Origin: Raillietiella orientalis
Taxonomy: Eukaryota
Length of the DNA stretch: 64,000 bases
Assembly: GCA_036172245.1 (NCBI GenBank)
Contig: JAYWIR010000003.1
Location: forward strand, 4,898,001-4,962,000
Reading direction: 5' to 3'
Each line of letters starts with the position of its first letter. Position 1 is the first letter of the stretch. The position numbers and the translations under genes were made by a program. This document shows, one piece after another, positions 10,001 to 22,600 of the stretch. A model generated the notes under the pieces. The model saw only the letters and a list, made by a program, of their open reading frames with translations. It did not search any database and was not told the DNA's origin.

Positions 10001-13000
10001 TGTAAGATAAATCTTATGTTGAACTTTCCCACCCAGAATCGGCAGGAGCTGCTCGGCGTTTCTGCTGTTTGTCGGTGTGCCCATTTGAATGACTGCTCAC
10101 TACATTTGCTTTGATTCATTCATGTACAAAAAAATACAACCATGTGATACATGAACTTACCGGTCCGTGATCAACGAGAGTGTCTCGATGAGCAGACGAG
10201 TGCAACGATTTGGGATTGAACGGGGGGGGAAATGTTTTGGGTCCGATGAAGTATTTATGAGTGGGTGAATGACGTTATTTGTTGCGAAGACCGCCCTGAG
10301 ATGGTGCTGCCTGCTCCGCCGTGAACGATAGTAAGGGGCGGTGGCGCGCAGAGCAAACGCGGCCGGGAAGGGAAGGAGGGGAAAAAAAAAACCTCGGGTT
10401 GCTTGCTCGCCGCTGGCATGCTCGGGGTCAAACGTGTTCGCCGTGCACTCGCGCGGCAAGGTCGAGTGTGTGGACCGCGCGTCGTGCGAAAGCGTCGCCC
10501 TCCCCCCCCCTCCCTTTCCCGCGTATTGCCACGCCTCCGAGGATAATCGTCTGCGGGCCGGGAGTCCGCTCGCTCATTCAGGATGACGGTGCTGGAAAGG
10601 CACGGCCGCGACCGCACGGACGCTTCCGGGAGAAGGGACGTCAAAAAGAGATGGGAGGGGGTCAGGGAGGGAAGAGCGCCCTTTTCACTCCCCTCATCCT
10701 TCTTCCGTTCCCGGATGCTGCCAAGATGTTTCCTCTCCCGAAGGGTTTTTGCAGGGGCATTTCGAAGGGACTGCGAAGGATCCGAGGATTCTGGAAATTC
10801 CACGATCCGTGTCGGCCCAAGAACGACTTCCGGTGTCGGAAGCAGGAACAACAACAAACAAATAAACAAAGATGGAAAGAGAGCGGCGTTCCTAGTGGAG
10901 ATGGTTCCGGGAAAGCGGTTCAGGACATCAGGGATTCTGGCAGCATCCTCTGGTCCGGCAGAGAGCTCTTGGGAGGGAAGACATCTGGACGTTTCCTCCG
11001 TTATCTCAGGAACAGCCCCGTTGCGGCAGATCAGGCAAGGACCGTCCTGTCGCCCGAGGCATCTCCGTTCACGAGAGTGTTCCGCCGACCTCACCGTGGC
11101 TCCAGGTGCCATCTCCCTGTGGGAAAGGGGGGGAAGGGACGAGGTATTCTCACACGGCCATCTAACGCCGCTCTCTGCGACCAGGCGGAGCGTGCCAGTG
11201 GTCGCGAGAGATGTCGCGCTTCACCCCAACCGGGGAAGAAGGGGGGAGGGGGACGGAGGGGACTGACTGTTGCTGCTGCGGAGCCTCTCGTCAGGGGGTT
11301 TCGAGACAAAAGCAGATCCCCGAACCAGGAAGGGGACATGTGGAATAGGGAGGCCCCTTGCCTTGATGGGCGGAGGCCCGCTGCTCGTGCCCGCCGTCGG
11401 TGGAGCCCTGAGCGCGTCTCTCGTTCCCCCGAGTGCGCCTAAGAGTGGACGCGGCTTCATTGAGAACAGGACCTTGAAGGGAGGAGGTGAAAGCTTGGCG
11501 CGATGCGAGGACCCCCACCCCCTGCTGCTCCGGCCGGTCCCTGTTCGAACTCCTCGCCTCTCGGGATAACAAGGCGCTCTCTGATTTCTCCAAACGCATC
11601 CGCAGACGAAGACTGAGATCGAAGGCGACTGGAAAGGCTTTCGGGAGGATGCTCGCTGCCGGGAGTCTCTATGGATCACACGGGGAGAGACTGGCTCTTC
11701 CAGGACGATTAGCGCGAGCCAAAGCCAGGAGAATTCTCGTGTGCCTTCTCCTCCCCGTCCCATTTTGTCGAAAGAGGACACGGGGCATGCAAGGGACCGG
11801 GTAAGAGCGGATTTTTTTCGCTTTCCTCATTTTCGTTTCGGAATCTGCCGTCAGAGGGGAGTGACAGACACAGTCGCAACCCGGAAGCCGAACAGCGGTC
11901 CACCTCCTTCCTCCATGGAATGAAAACTTTCGGTCCCGGAAGATCGGGGGAAAGAATGGTTCTTTCTGGAGTGCCCTAGAGAAGACGGCAAGGGAGGTGT
12001 GGGTCTTTCGGTGATGGAGGTGAGCGGGCGGAGTCGGCGCCTTCCGGTGCCAGCGACCTTGGGGAGACCGGGACGGGCCTGTCTCTGGAGTGGCATCGGA
12101 CAAGGCAGAGCCGTCCTCGTGGTTCCCGTGGGAACGGGGGAGTGGAGGTCTCTTCACGGCAGCAGGGGAGGAGGGGAAGGGGAGGCTCCTGAGGGATTCC
12201 CGGATGAGCCCCCACAGCGGGACGGGATGGAGGGAGGGTCAGGAAGACCTCCCGGGGTCTCTCCCTAGCGGGCAGCAAGACTCGGCCTTCCCCAGCCACA
12301 TCGGACTTCCAGGGGCGGCCGGCTGACCTTCCTCAGTTGGACGGGAGAGGGAGGACCTGCTGACCTCCCGTATTTGTCTGTGCCCTCACGGCGGTGGAGC
12401 CAGGACCCGCCCTCTGGCGGGCTGCAGGGGCAGCGAGGGTGGGGCGGCGGGAGAGACGGCCGAATCACGCGCGGGGGCGCGCTTCCGTTACGACGGGCCC
12501 AGCGGCGTCCGTCGAGGCGGGGCAGGGGGAAAGGTCGTCACTTCTCAATGGAGTTGGGATGGACGCCGATCAGGTCTGTCTGCTCAGACCGAGAGGTCGA
12601 CCTGAGAAGAGCGAAAAGTCTGCCGCGGTCCAAGGGGGAGAAGCCAGGAGGTTCCGGGAAAGGAGGCGGGAGGGGGGGACCGGCGGAAACGGGAAGGACG
12701 CATCCCGGACCGCGGAGCTCTTCCTGTTTCTTCCCCCGGTTTGGAGCCGCCTTTCCGAGGGAAAAGGGGGGAGCAGTATTCCCTGGCTGCATTCCCGTTC
12801 CTGGGTTGGCTGTTCGCCCGCTCGAGCCGGGCAGCGCTTTCCTCTGGCGGTGAGAACTCGGAGGAGCTTTCGCATCCTTGGCTTGCCGAGGTCTTGACGA
12901 CGCTCCTCGGTTCCGGCCGGTGCGCGCGCGCGCGCCCACGTGTTGGTGCACGCCGGGAGCTACCACTGCCGCTTCGGTGCTGCTCCCCCATCCTCCCCTT

Positions 13001-16000
13001 CCGCTCACCTCCGGATGGACTCTCGTCCTCTAGGGGCGCCTCCACGCCGTCTCTGCGTCCAAACGCACTGCTGGTCGGAATCCTGGAGGCGTCCCGCGGT
13101 CGTGCCCAAGGGAGAGGTAAGTCGTAACGGCGACGGCGACGACGACTCGCAGTCGCCGCATGGACCAACAGCTGCGTCTCCTGCGTCGGTAGCGCCGCTT
13201 GCCCGCGGGCGAGACGAAAAGGGGGGAGGAGAGGAGGAGGGGATGGAAGCTTCCACCTGCCGTTAGCAGATGGCACCACGCACTGGGCGTGCAATGGAGA
13301 GTGAAGAGCGTCCGCCCTCAGGAGCCAGGAGCCGTAGAGGAACCGCACGGTCCTTGGGCGTGGCGTGTTCCTCTGATGGAGAAGCAAGAGTGGACGAGAC
13401 AAAACCTATCTCTGCCCCCCACCCGTCGCCCGCTTGTCCTCCGGAGGTCACGCCGCTAGGTGAGCCCCGGCACTACCCGCCCCTCCTCCTCCAGTCCTCC
13501 CCTAAGCACTCGCCAGCCGACACGGGTGAGGAGGGACGTAGCTCGTCTTCCGAAAAGCGACCCCTACGCTCATACTTCTTCAGTCCGGGGAGGCGAACGG
13601 CCCCGGAGATTCGGCGGCTGAAGATGGCACTAGGAGCGTGTCCGAGCCAGGATGCGGCGGCTCGAGGGCTGAGCTCCGACGTCTCCAGGACAACCAGTGG
13701 GAGGCGCGCGCCTCCCTCCTGCTCGGCCCCGCCGCGACCTCGTGCGCGCTGGGCACCAGCTCCCAGCCCGGAGATGGAGGGGCCGGCGGTGTCCCCGTCC
13801 GAGCGCCCTCTCCCACGTGCCTGGCCGGGAAACTTCCCAGGGCGGTGGTAATGCGGGGGCTGGCCTCCGGATCGAGCTCCGCCCATCCCTCCTGCGTCTC
13901 CCCCCTCTTGCGGTTGCGATGTTGACCTTGACCTTCCGGGAGGAGGAGGAGGTCGCAGACGGGGAAAGGGAGAGGGACGTCGAGGCATCGCCCTCCGCGT
14001 CCGCCCCGCCCCACACATTCCAGCTGGGGGCGCCCGAGGGCAGCGACGGGCGTTACGTGCGGATGGAGGGGAAGAATCGCCGGACTGCTGCCGGGGTCAT
14101 CCGAACGCGCGCAGCCGCGGGAACCACGAAGGTTGGGACCAATCGCAGCGTGCAATGCCATGCACCGCTCGTTGCCCGTGGCCGGACGAGGTCCGGTGAC
14201 CGGAAAATCCCCTGAGTCGCCGTATCCCGAGGAGGCAAACTTGACCTCCCCCCCCGCTCGACCTGCCCGCCTCCTTGATGCAGCCCCAAACGAGGGTAAG
14301 GTGCGGAAGCCCTGGGGGTTCCGAAGCGATGACCCTTTTTGGTGGACCTCGGGTGGCCTTCGTTCCCATGAGGCATGGGGGAGCATCCTCGGGTCAACTC
14401 TGCGATAGCGGGGTGCTCGTTTCTCGGCGCCGGCTTCGTGGGCGCAAAGAAGGGGAAAGAGGGTCAGGACACCCTCCACTGGTCCTCATCCGGCCCCCGC
14501 CGTCACCTCAGGTGGGAGAACTGCAGTATCTTCGGATGCCATGGGAACGGAGACTGGGCGGGGAACGGATGAGTCGCTCCGGAAAGGGGAGCGAGATCCC
14601 CGCGGTTGCCCTGGAAGGCTTCACCACCTGCGCCAGCATTCCCTCTCCTTCACGCCCCTTCCCTCAATAGGAATGTATCCAAGGGGCTTCCCGGGATTGC
14701 TTGAAGCAGCGCCAAGAGGAGTGCTGTTTCCCTAACGGACTATCGGAGAGGGGAGGAGGGGGCGGTCTTCCTAGCTGGAGTCCGAAGGACAAAGGAGGTT
14801 GTCCACGAGACAGTGAGGAGGCAAGCAGTCCGTCCCGCGCTGTCCGCCCGGCCGCAGGCGCGCGCGGTCGAAGGGTCGGGCATGACATCATAGCGAGCAG
14901 GCACGGCGGTCGCCCTCCTCTCCGTGGGAGTGCCGAGGAACTGCCGCCGCCCATCTTCCAGACAACAACGCCTCGGGCTCTCCTCTCGGGGCCCCCATCC
15001 TCACGGCATGGAATAAATCCATATCTGCCCCCCCCCCTCCCCTTTGCGCTCTCTGACAGGCTGCGGCTGCTTCAGGACGGACCTCCCCACCGGCAACACC
15101 GGGAAGGAGGGGGGGGGGAAGCCGGTTGGGAGGGGGCAAGCAAACGAGGCCGAGGAAGTGGCGCGCCCTGGGCGCTCGCCCCTCAGGGGACAGCTGCGCG
15201 CTGCCTCGAAACTCCGGGCGGTTTCCCTTGGAGACGAAGGCCGCGGCCACTGCGACCGGAAGCCGCATCCCACGGGCGTCGTCGGACCGCGTGATCGTTG
15301 GCAAGGATACTCTCGATCCCCTCTCCCCACGCGCATCTCTCGGCTCTCCCCTTCCTCCCGGCTTCCCGAGTCCCCTCGTGCGGGGGGGAGAACGGGCGTC
15401 TTTCCGGGAGGGGGCGTCCCGTGGCTGCACGCCGGAAGCCCGACAGCGGCGGCGGCGGGAGGCGCCATGACAACGACGCGATCTCGGACTGGGATTGCAT
15501 CCTCCGCTGGAACGCGTCCAGGACGACGACCAGTCGCTGCCAAGCGGGGATCGAACTCAAGGTCAAGGCTGCGCCTTCCCTCTCCCGGGATCTCGGGGGA
15601 GCAGCCGCCGCTCCCTCGGGGGCTCGGTCGCATGCACTCCCGGCCCCCCGTCCTCACTCCTCCTTCTATGCTGTCCCCTGCCCTCGCCGCCACCGCCGTC
15701 CCTTTCCCGCCCACCGACGAGGGGGCGTCCAACGGGAGGGGAGCCTCGGTGGACCGGGGAGAAACGCCATCCCCGCCCCATAGGGGATGACCGACCCCAT
15801 CCGTTGCTGCTGGGCAGGGAGGGAGAGGGCATGGCCCGCCGCTCCCTCCCTACGAACGTGTCGGGGGGAAAGGGGCGGCGCAGGTCCTCCCCAAGTCCTC
15901 CTGCTTCCCTCTCCCGGAGCCGCGGGATGGTCAGGGAAAGTCCGGGGGGCGAGGGACTCTCGTGGAACTCGGGGGCAGGTGGACGCGTCAGGGGAGAGGG

Positions 16001-18418
16001 GGTGCGTCCCCGCCGTCGAAGCAAAAAGAGACCTCGGCTTGACGAACCCAGCCAGACCTCTCCAGAGGGGCTGCGCGCTTCCGAAGGGGGGGATCCACTC
16101 GTGGGGGGTCCCTCGTTTTCCCCTTCTTCCCTCTGGGGGGGGGTGAGGCGGCGGCGGCTCGCGGGACCGGGAGCGAGCCGGGGAAGGGATGAGGGAGGCG
16201 AGCTCGCGAAAGAGGCTCCTCCGCCGATCCTCGACCGGTTTCCCACGGCAACGGCTCGCGTGTCGAGGAGTCGTCTCCTACAAGACTGCGCTGCCGTTGC
16301 GTGCGGCTGCCGGAATGCCCCACCACGGTGGTGGCTCTCCGGCAGCAACTCCTCCTTCCCTTTCCCCCCTTCCGTAAGGGGAGAGAGCCCGCTCCCTCCC
16401 TCGCCCCCTCCCTGCCCCTTCCGGACCGCCTGTCGCTGGGGGCGGCCGCGGCCGCTCATCTCAGACCAGATGCTGCGAGATCGAGTGGAGCCGGGAAGAT
16501 GCCGGAGGCGCTCCACATGGCCCTGCCCGACCCTCCGAGCACGCGCCTGCGGCCGAGCGGACCACGCGATGGTGGACGGACCATCCCATCCGAGAAAACC
16601 GCGGACTCCTCCATGACCTACGCGTTCTTCGGAGAGTTCTGCCTTTCCTTTTTCCGCTTCCCGTTCCCCCGCAGTCCTCCGGGCAACGGCGCGTCGCGAG
16701 CGAGCGCGTGACCCGGGACTCTCTGGACGCGGCCCCTCGCGTCGGGAACCGCTCGGTGCGCGTGGTTCCCACTCCCTGCGGAGTTTCATGGCGCGGAAGC
16801 CGGGAAACTGGGGATCCGCGCTTCCCGCCGCCTACTTGTCCTTCCTGATACGGGATGGACCTCTGGGAGGGGGCTTCGGGAGGGCATGAGAGGATCCAGA
16901 TCTCAACCCCCTTCTCTCCGATTTCCCTTCCTTTCGGTCGCTCCCTCCCTCGCTTCCCGGTTCGCGCGAGCTCGCGTCAAAGGGAAAGGCCTGGGGAACC
17001 CCGCAGGAAGAGGGTTGGTCATTCCTTCAGGAGAAAGTCGAACTCCCTCGCTTCCCCTTTGAGCCCCTGCCGTTTCCCCCGAGGGTCTCTGCCACCTCGG
17101 GGGAGGGCCTCGCTTCCGCGAGGGAGGGCACGTCCAAGGGGCTGGCTCCCCTTCCCCTGCACGGCCTCCTGCTTCGTCCCTCCCGCCGCCTGGGGCCCGA
17201 CCCATCTGCGGACCGGGCAGGGAGCTATCCCTGTTGCGGCTGGTCACCCCGGAAGGACCGGTCCCGGGCATTCCCTCCGCGCTTGGGTCGGAGGGACGGG
17301 AGGGGTGGGTGTGAGTGGTTGGGGTGGGTGGGGGAGGAAGAAAGAAGGGGTCAAGAGGGGGCGAACGAGCGAGCTGCTCCTGGCAGGAAGAAGCCCGCGC
17401 GGCCCGTCTATGCCATTCGCCCGCCGAGGATCCAGGAGGGACGGGACGCAACGGACGGAGGACCGTGCGATCGACCATTCGCGTTTCCGCGGCCCCGCCG
17501 CGACGCCGGGAAGGCGGATGGTTTTTTCCGGGTCCGCATGCGGAGAGTCTGGAGCCGGGGGGAGGGAGGGGCGATGGAACCCCGCGGTCCGACCGGGAAG
17601 AGTGCAGGGCGCAGCTCGGGAGGAGATCCCGATCGAACGCCGGGGGAAGGGCGCAGCAGCCTCCGCGTAAACAAAGGCGGAGCTGCGAGCGCCGCCGCCG
17701 CCGCCGCCGTTCCTTTCTTTTCCCGTGGCCGTCACTCCCGTTCCCTTCAACGTCACGGGATGAATCCATCTCTGCCACTGAATTAGCACAATATCACACA
17801 TCTTGCTACTCCTGGAAAAAAAAGTCCTCACTCCCCGGTATTTTTAGTCGTTCGTATCCACGCAAGCACCGTAAACATCGGCACGGGACGGCGCTGATGT
17901 GCGGAAGACACCTCGGGAAGGGAAGCGGAAGGGAGAGTGAGACGATCTGCACGAGCATCACGAAAACACAACAACACCGGAGAGAGTCGATTTATTGGTG
18001 AGCCGCCTGCGGAATATCCGGAGGAGGTGATTTATGGAGAATTAAAGTGATCTGTTGGTGAGGGATTTTTTGCGTGTTTCATTGCCACCTCGGAATGTTT
18101 TTTTTTTTTTCCTGAGATGAAAAAGAGAGAGGAAGGGGGGGGGAGAGGGAGGGAGAGAGAAACTTCACCCTTTGCTTCTACGTTGGCGTCTGCGTTTCCG
18201 CCATAAAAAAGGCGCACGCTTGAGGAACGCACAGTTCCATCCCACGGCCTATATGGAACCGTCTTCTTCCGCACGCTGTCTTTCAGCAGCCGCTGCTGCT
18301 GGGCCGTCGTGAGTGCTGCTGGTCTCTCGGAAATGGGGCTCGCGAGGCCCGAGGGCGGGGAATCAGGGGAGGGCGGCCACGGGGCTGCAATGATCGATTC
18401 CCAGTTTCTGCACTCCAG

Positions 18419-18521
18419 TTTGGCCTCCCCTTCCCCCCTCCCGTCTTTCCTCCTGGGCAGCAGTTTCCGGCTGCCTCTCCTCGTGCCTTCGCTCCGAAAC
18501 TTCCCTCAACCTAACAGCGCG
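18419..18521. repeat. Direct repeat, copy 1 (about 100 bp)
   Basis: Matches 19518-19628, with 4 substitutions over the ~83-bp core (CCCGTCTTTCC...GGGCAGCAGTTTCCGGCTGC...CTCCTCGTGCCTTCGCTCCGAAACTTCCCT...CTAACAGCGCG). Confidence 0.9.
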
Positions 18522-18550
18522 ATTCGAGCCGCTGACACAAAGAGCTCAGC

Positions 18551-18579
18551 AAGAAGAAGAAGAAGAAGAAGAAGAAGAA
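18551..18579. repeat. (AAG)n microsatellite
   Basis: About 9-10 perfect AAG units. Confidence 0.95.
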
Positions 18580-19038
18580 AGGCTCCTTCGAACGGCGTTC
18601 GGACCTCTTCTGCCTGCCTCTTCCTGATGAATGGCGCCACGTGGCCGCTCTGTTTGTGAAACAGCCCGCGTCGGGCGCATCGAGACGGAGGCGCGCCATC
18701 CCGAGCGGTTCGTTCGGGGAGCCATGGCTCAGTCATGGCGGATGGAAAATTTTCCAAACGATCGCGGCAACTTACATGCTATCCCTTTTTTTTTTTTTAT
18801 TTTTTTTCCCCCCGCAAGTTCACGCCTGCCTTTGGTAGAGAGAGAGGGGGTGGGGCGGAAGGAAACGGCTGTATCCTTAGAGCCATCGCGGATCTCTTCT
18901 AGGGAAGGATACCCACGCCCCGCAGCGATGATACTTGAAATCATCGATTCCAGAATGGTCCATCGGAACAGAATAAGAGCAGCGATTGCAGCTGCAGAGA
19001 AACGCAAAAGAAGGAAAAAAAAAAAAGACAAGGAGGAG

Positions 19039-19071
19039 GAAGAAGAAGAAGAAGAAGAAGAAGAAGAAGAA
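19039..19071. repeat. (GAA)n microsatellite
   Basis: About 11 GAA units within a longer purine tract. Confidence 0.95.
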
Positions 19072-19517
19072 GGGGAGGGGAGGGGGGGGGGAGGAGAAAA
19101 AAAGTAGCATACTCATTTCTTCCGTGTATTAATAACCTAAAACATTTCCCGAACACTTCCGAAGCGATGTAAAACTGCCTCCGGATTCATGATTTATGCC
19201 GGTGGAAATGCTTTCGATGACGTCGCGGATAGCAGAAGGCCTGCCGTCACCATGAGAACCACTGTTGCGAACGGCGACGCTTCCCGATCAATAATGCGGA
19301 TCAATTATTACGGCAAAACTATTTTTTGTCCCCCCCCCCCCCTTCTCCGGCTGTTTCGGCCAGCAGAGTTTTTGGCTCCTCGCCAGAAGAACCGACCCGT
19401 TCGTTGCTGCTGAAACAAACGATCTGTCCATAAATTTATTTAGCGAGCTTTGCCATAGATACTCGGATTGATAAATTCCTATTGACAGTCCTGAAATTTA
19501 TTTCGGCCGCCTTGCCA

Positions 19518-19628
19518 TTTGGCCACCGCTTCCCCTCCCCCCCCCCTCCCGTCTTTCCGCCTGGGCAGCAGTTTCCGGCTGCATCTCCTCGTGCCTTCGC
19601 TCCGAAACTTCCCTTAATCTAACAGCGC
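19518..19628. repeat. Direct repeat, copy 2
   Basis: Matches 18419-18521; differs mainly in the length of the C-run. Confidence 0.9.
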
Positions 19629-22600
19629 GCACATAGGATAAACCCCCCAGGCTGCTGTCTGGGCGCAGAGAACCTTCTTCATCGACTTTCGGGTGGTCAG
19701 CGCCGAGCAGCATCCGGTGTTCCCGATTTGGTTCCTCTTCTTGCAAAGCGTGCCGAGCCCCCCCCCTCCCCCCCACAGCGGAGCACTGCCACCTGATGCA
19801 CGTCGGAGCACCCCAAGGGAAGAGTGGACGGACGCGCGAGTGGCATCCAGGGATCCACTCCCTTTCCCTGTCTGCTTTCGATTTCTGGCCAAGGCCGCGG
19901 GGCGACACGTCGCAAGTCGCGCTCCTCGCCCTCTGAGCTGGGCTGCACGGCTCCTCTTCTGATGGAGAGGAAAGTGGCGGGGGGTGGAACGCTGGAGGCA
20001 AAGCTGCAACACGACGCGGGAGGAGGCGTCAGACGCTCCGGGGCTTATCTGGTCATCGTGGCTTGGGGGAGGCTCCTCCAGAGGGGCGCGGTCCAAGCCC
20101 TTGCTCACTGTGTCCGTTGGCGGCACCGGGAATGAATACGAGGCTACGAGTCTCTCCGTTCGAGTGCCCCGAAACTTGCTTCGGGCGCCAGTCACCGCAT
20201 GCAAGACGCGGACCTGGATGGAGGTTGCTGCTTTCCGGATGGGAACATGAATGATGCTGGAGGTCAGCATGGCGACCAGCTAGGCATCGTCGGGCTGTTT
20301 CGGGGACGCTGCCGCGCATCTTTGGGTCCAGTCGTAGAGAGAACGCCGGTGCACGAGAAGGTTGGAATGGCTATCAACAGATGGCGCTGCGTTGTGGGTC
20401 TACCATCTGGGCGCTGTGGGGCGACGAGAGCCTACTGCAGCCGCTGAGCCTACCATGTAGATTTCCTAGTCCAGGCACGTTATCGCGAACCATCGCGGCC
20501 CATCTCTCTCCCTGGGAGTCGTCCGGAACGGTTCGCGGGGTGTCTCCGCCGACGTGGGGGGGGGGCAGCTCGCGAGCAGCTCTATGGCGATTCGGCACGG
20601 AACCTCCGTTCTCCTGGGCGATCGCGCCACCCGCGACTTCCGGACGGGGGACGCCATTTCTAGAGTCCCTCGCGGTTCGCGCCCCGGTGGGGGGTCGATT
20701 CGACCAGCTGCCCTCCCTTTGTGGGTTTTCGCTTCTGTTGCCGGTGTGGTCGGGAGGGATCCGCGTTTGCTAACCCCCAAAAAGCGGACTCTCCTGGCTG
20801 TCCTTCTTCAGCCGAGGAAGAAGGGTGCGCATCTCTGACTTCAAGAGTGGGGGGAGCACTCAGGGCACAGGCCGGCTCCTCTGAGGAAACTCCCCAGACC
20901 CACGCGAGTGCATACCGGGACGCTGCGTGCTCCGAGGTACACGTTCCTGTGCAGGGGACTCCCAAGGGCCCTCAGAAAGAGAAACGGACAGGAGGCAGAG
21001 GACGGTACACCCTCACGTCCTTCCTGCAACTCTTCGTGGTCCCTGAGGTCGCTTGCCCTCCCCCAAGGCTCTGTGCGGGGAGGTCTGCTCGCGCAGCAGC
21101 CCAACCCCAGCGCCATCAGCTGCCTCTGGAGGTGCGAGGGGTCTTTCCCGACCGTTTCCCTTCTTTCCCTTGCTGCCCTCTCTTCTTGGAGAGGGAAGTG
21201 AGGGACGTCCGAGGGGAAGTCGACTCGTGGGACCTTCGGCCACTTCAGTCGCTGGGGACCGCTTCAAGGATCTCTAGGGCAGAGCCTCCTGTCGAGTGGC
21301 GGGACGCATCTTCTCCTTCGAGCCAAGGGGATGAGGGTGGTGGTGGCGAGTGGGACTTCGGGGGGTTTCCTGGAATCCCGCCCTCGTCTGCCACTTCCAT
21401 TCGCCCTTCCGGGAAAGGGAGGGGGCAGGTAGGAAGGATGACTGCAGGAAAAGAAAAATAAACGAACGCGCTCGCGTTCCCTCCCCACGCCCTCTTTCCC
21501 GCGACAAAGCACAACCACCGCAGAGCAGCGCAGGCGAGGAATCCAACGAGATCTTCCTCCATCCTGAAGACTTTCCCCATTCCTCTCCCATCTTACCCCC
21601 GACTCCTTCCCCACGCGCGCATGCACGTCGGGGACAAATCCTGCCTCTCCTCCCCCGTTTCCGCCTCCCACATCCTGACATCCGCCAGTTGACTCACTCC
21701 CCGCGATGTCCAACTGCGTTTCTTCCCCTCGGCACCACCTTCCTCTTCCTCCTCTCTGCAACCCGTCCCAGGAACGAAAGGAGGTGCTCCCGGCCCGGAA
21801 GAGCAAGCCTCTTTCGGGAAGCTCGAAGGCCCCTCGGGCGCCTGGAAGGCATCTCGGCGTCGGTCCCACGTGGTGGGCGCGCGTGCCTCACCTCGAGGAA
21901 GGAGCGCCACTGCCTGCCAGGACCCCGAGCTGGGGTTCTTCCAACCCCCTTCCTCAAGAACGGAAGGGGATAGGGGGCAGTTCTCTCTCCTCGGATACCT
22001 TTCTCGGGTGGTGGCAGGTCAGGTCTTGCGCGGAGTATGCGGGAGTCGTTGCTGCTGCCTCCGGGAACGGACGCCCTTCCTCGCGCCCAGGAGTGACTAA
22101 GGCTGGGGCATGGGGGGAAGGTCGACCGTCCACTGCTGTGGGTCAGGCCCTCCTGCGCTTCATCGGAGGATCGCTCTTTTTCCGCCCGAGGGGACAACCT
22201 GCCTAGGGGAGGGGCGCGTTCAGGGGTCTGTTGCCTTCAGCAGTCGGCGGAATCAGACGGACCCGAACGACTGGAGAGAGATGAGCGGCTTGGCGCCACC
22301 TCGGCTACTCTTCCTCCTCCCTTCCTAAGGGGGCCGAGTACCTCTCCGCCCTAGGTATGTCCCTTACAAGGGTCTCACTCAGAGACCGCTCCTTGGACGA
22401 GACCCTGGTCTCATCTCTCGGGGGAGCGTTCCCCCAGGGTTTTCGTCCCCGAAGGGAATACTGCGCCTTCCCCGAAGGGGGGAAGGAGAGGACCGGCGGC
22501 GGACCTTCGGAGGCATTGCGTCGCTGCTTGGCCCCAGAGCTGATGCCCTGAGGGCATTTCTTTCGTCCAGATCTGGGTCCACCAGACGAACTCCAGGGGG

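Larger units (their letters stand above)
17988..19500. promoter_or_regulatory. AT-rich island with Hox/Exd(Pbx)- and Hth(Meis)-like motifs, candidate distal enhancer
   Basis: TGATTTATG at 18028 and 19190, GATTTATTGG 17989, CCATAAA 18201 and 19428, TGATAAAT 19469, TGACAG 19483. Confidence 0.35.

Noticed and set aside
7035..17800. Long overlapping ORFs (e.g. 8204-10084 626 aa, 8588-10000, 15563-16789)
   Set aside because: Arg/Pro/Gly/Ala-rich, open in several frames on both strands, with no domain motifs; expected in very GC-rich DNA.
20050..20400. Possible LINE AP-endonuclease remnant on the minus strand (LACGDW)
   Set aside because: Too degenerate to call by eye.
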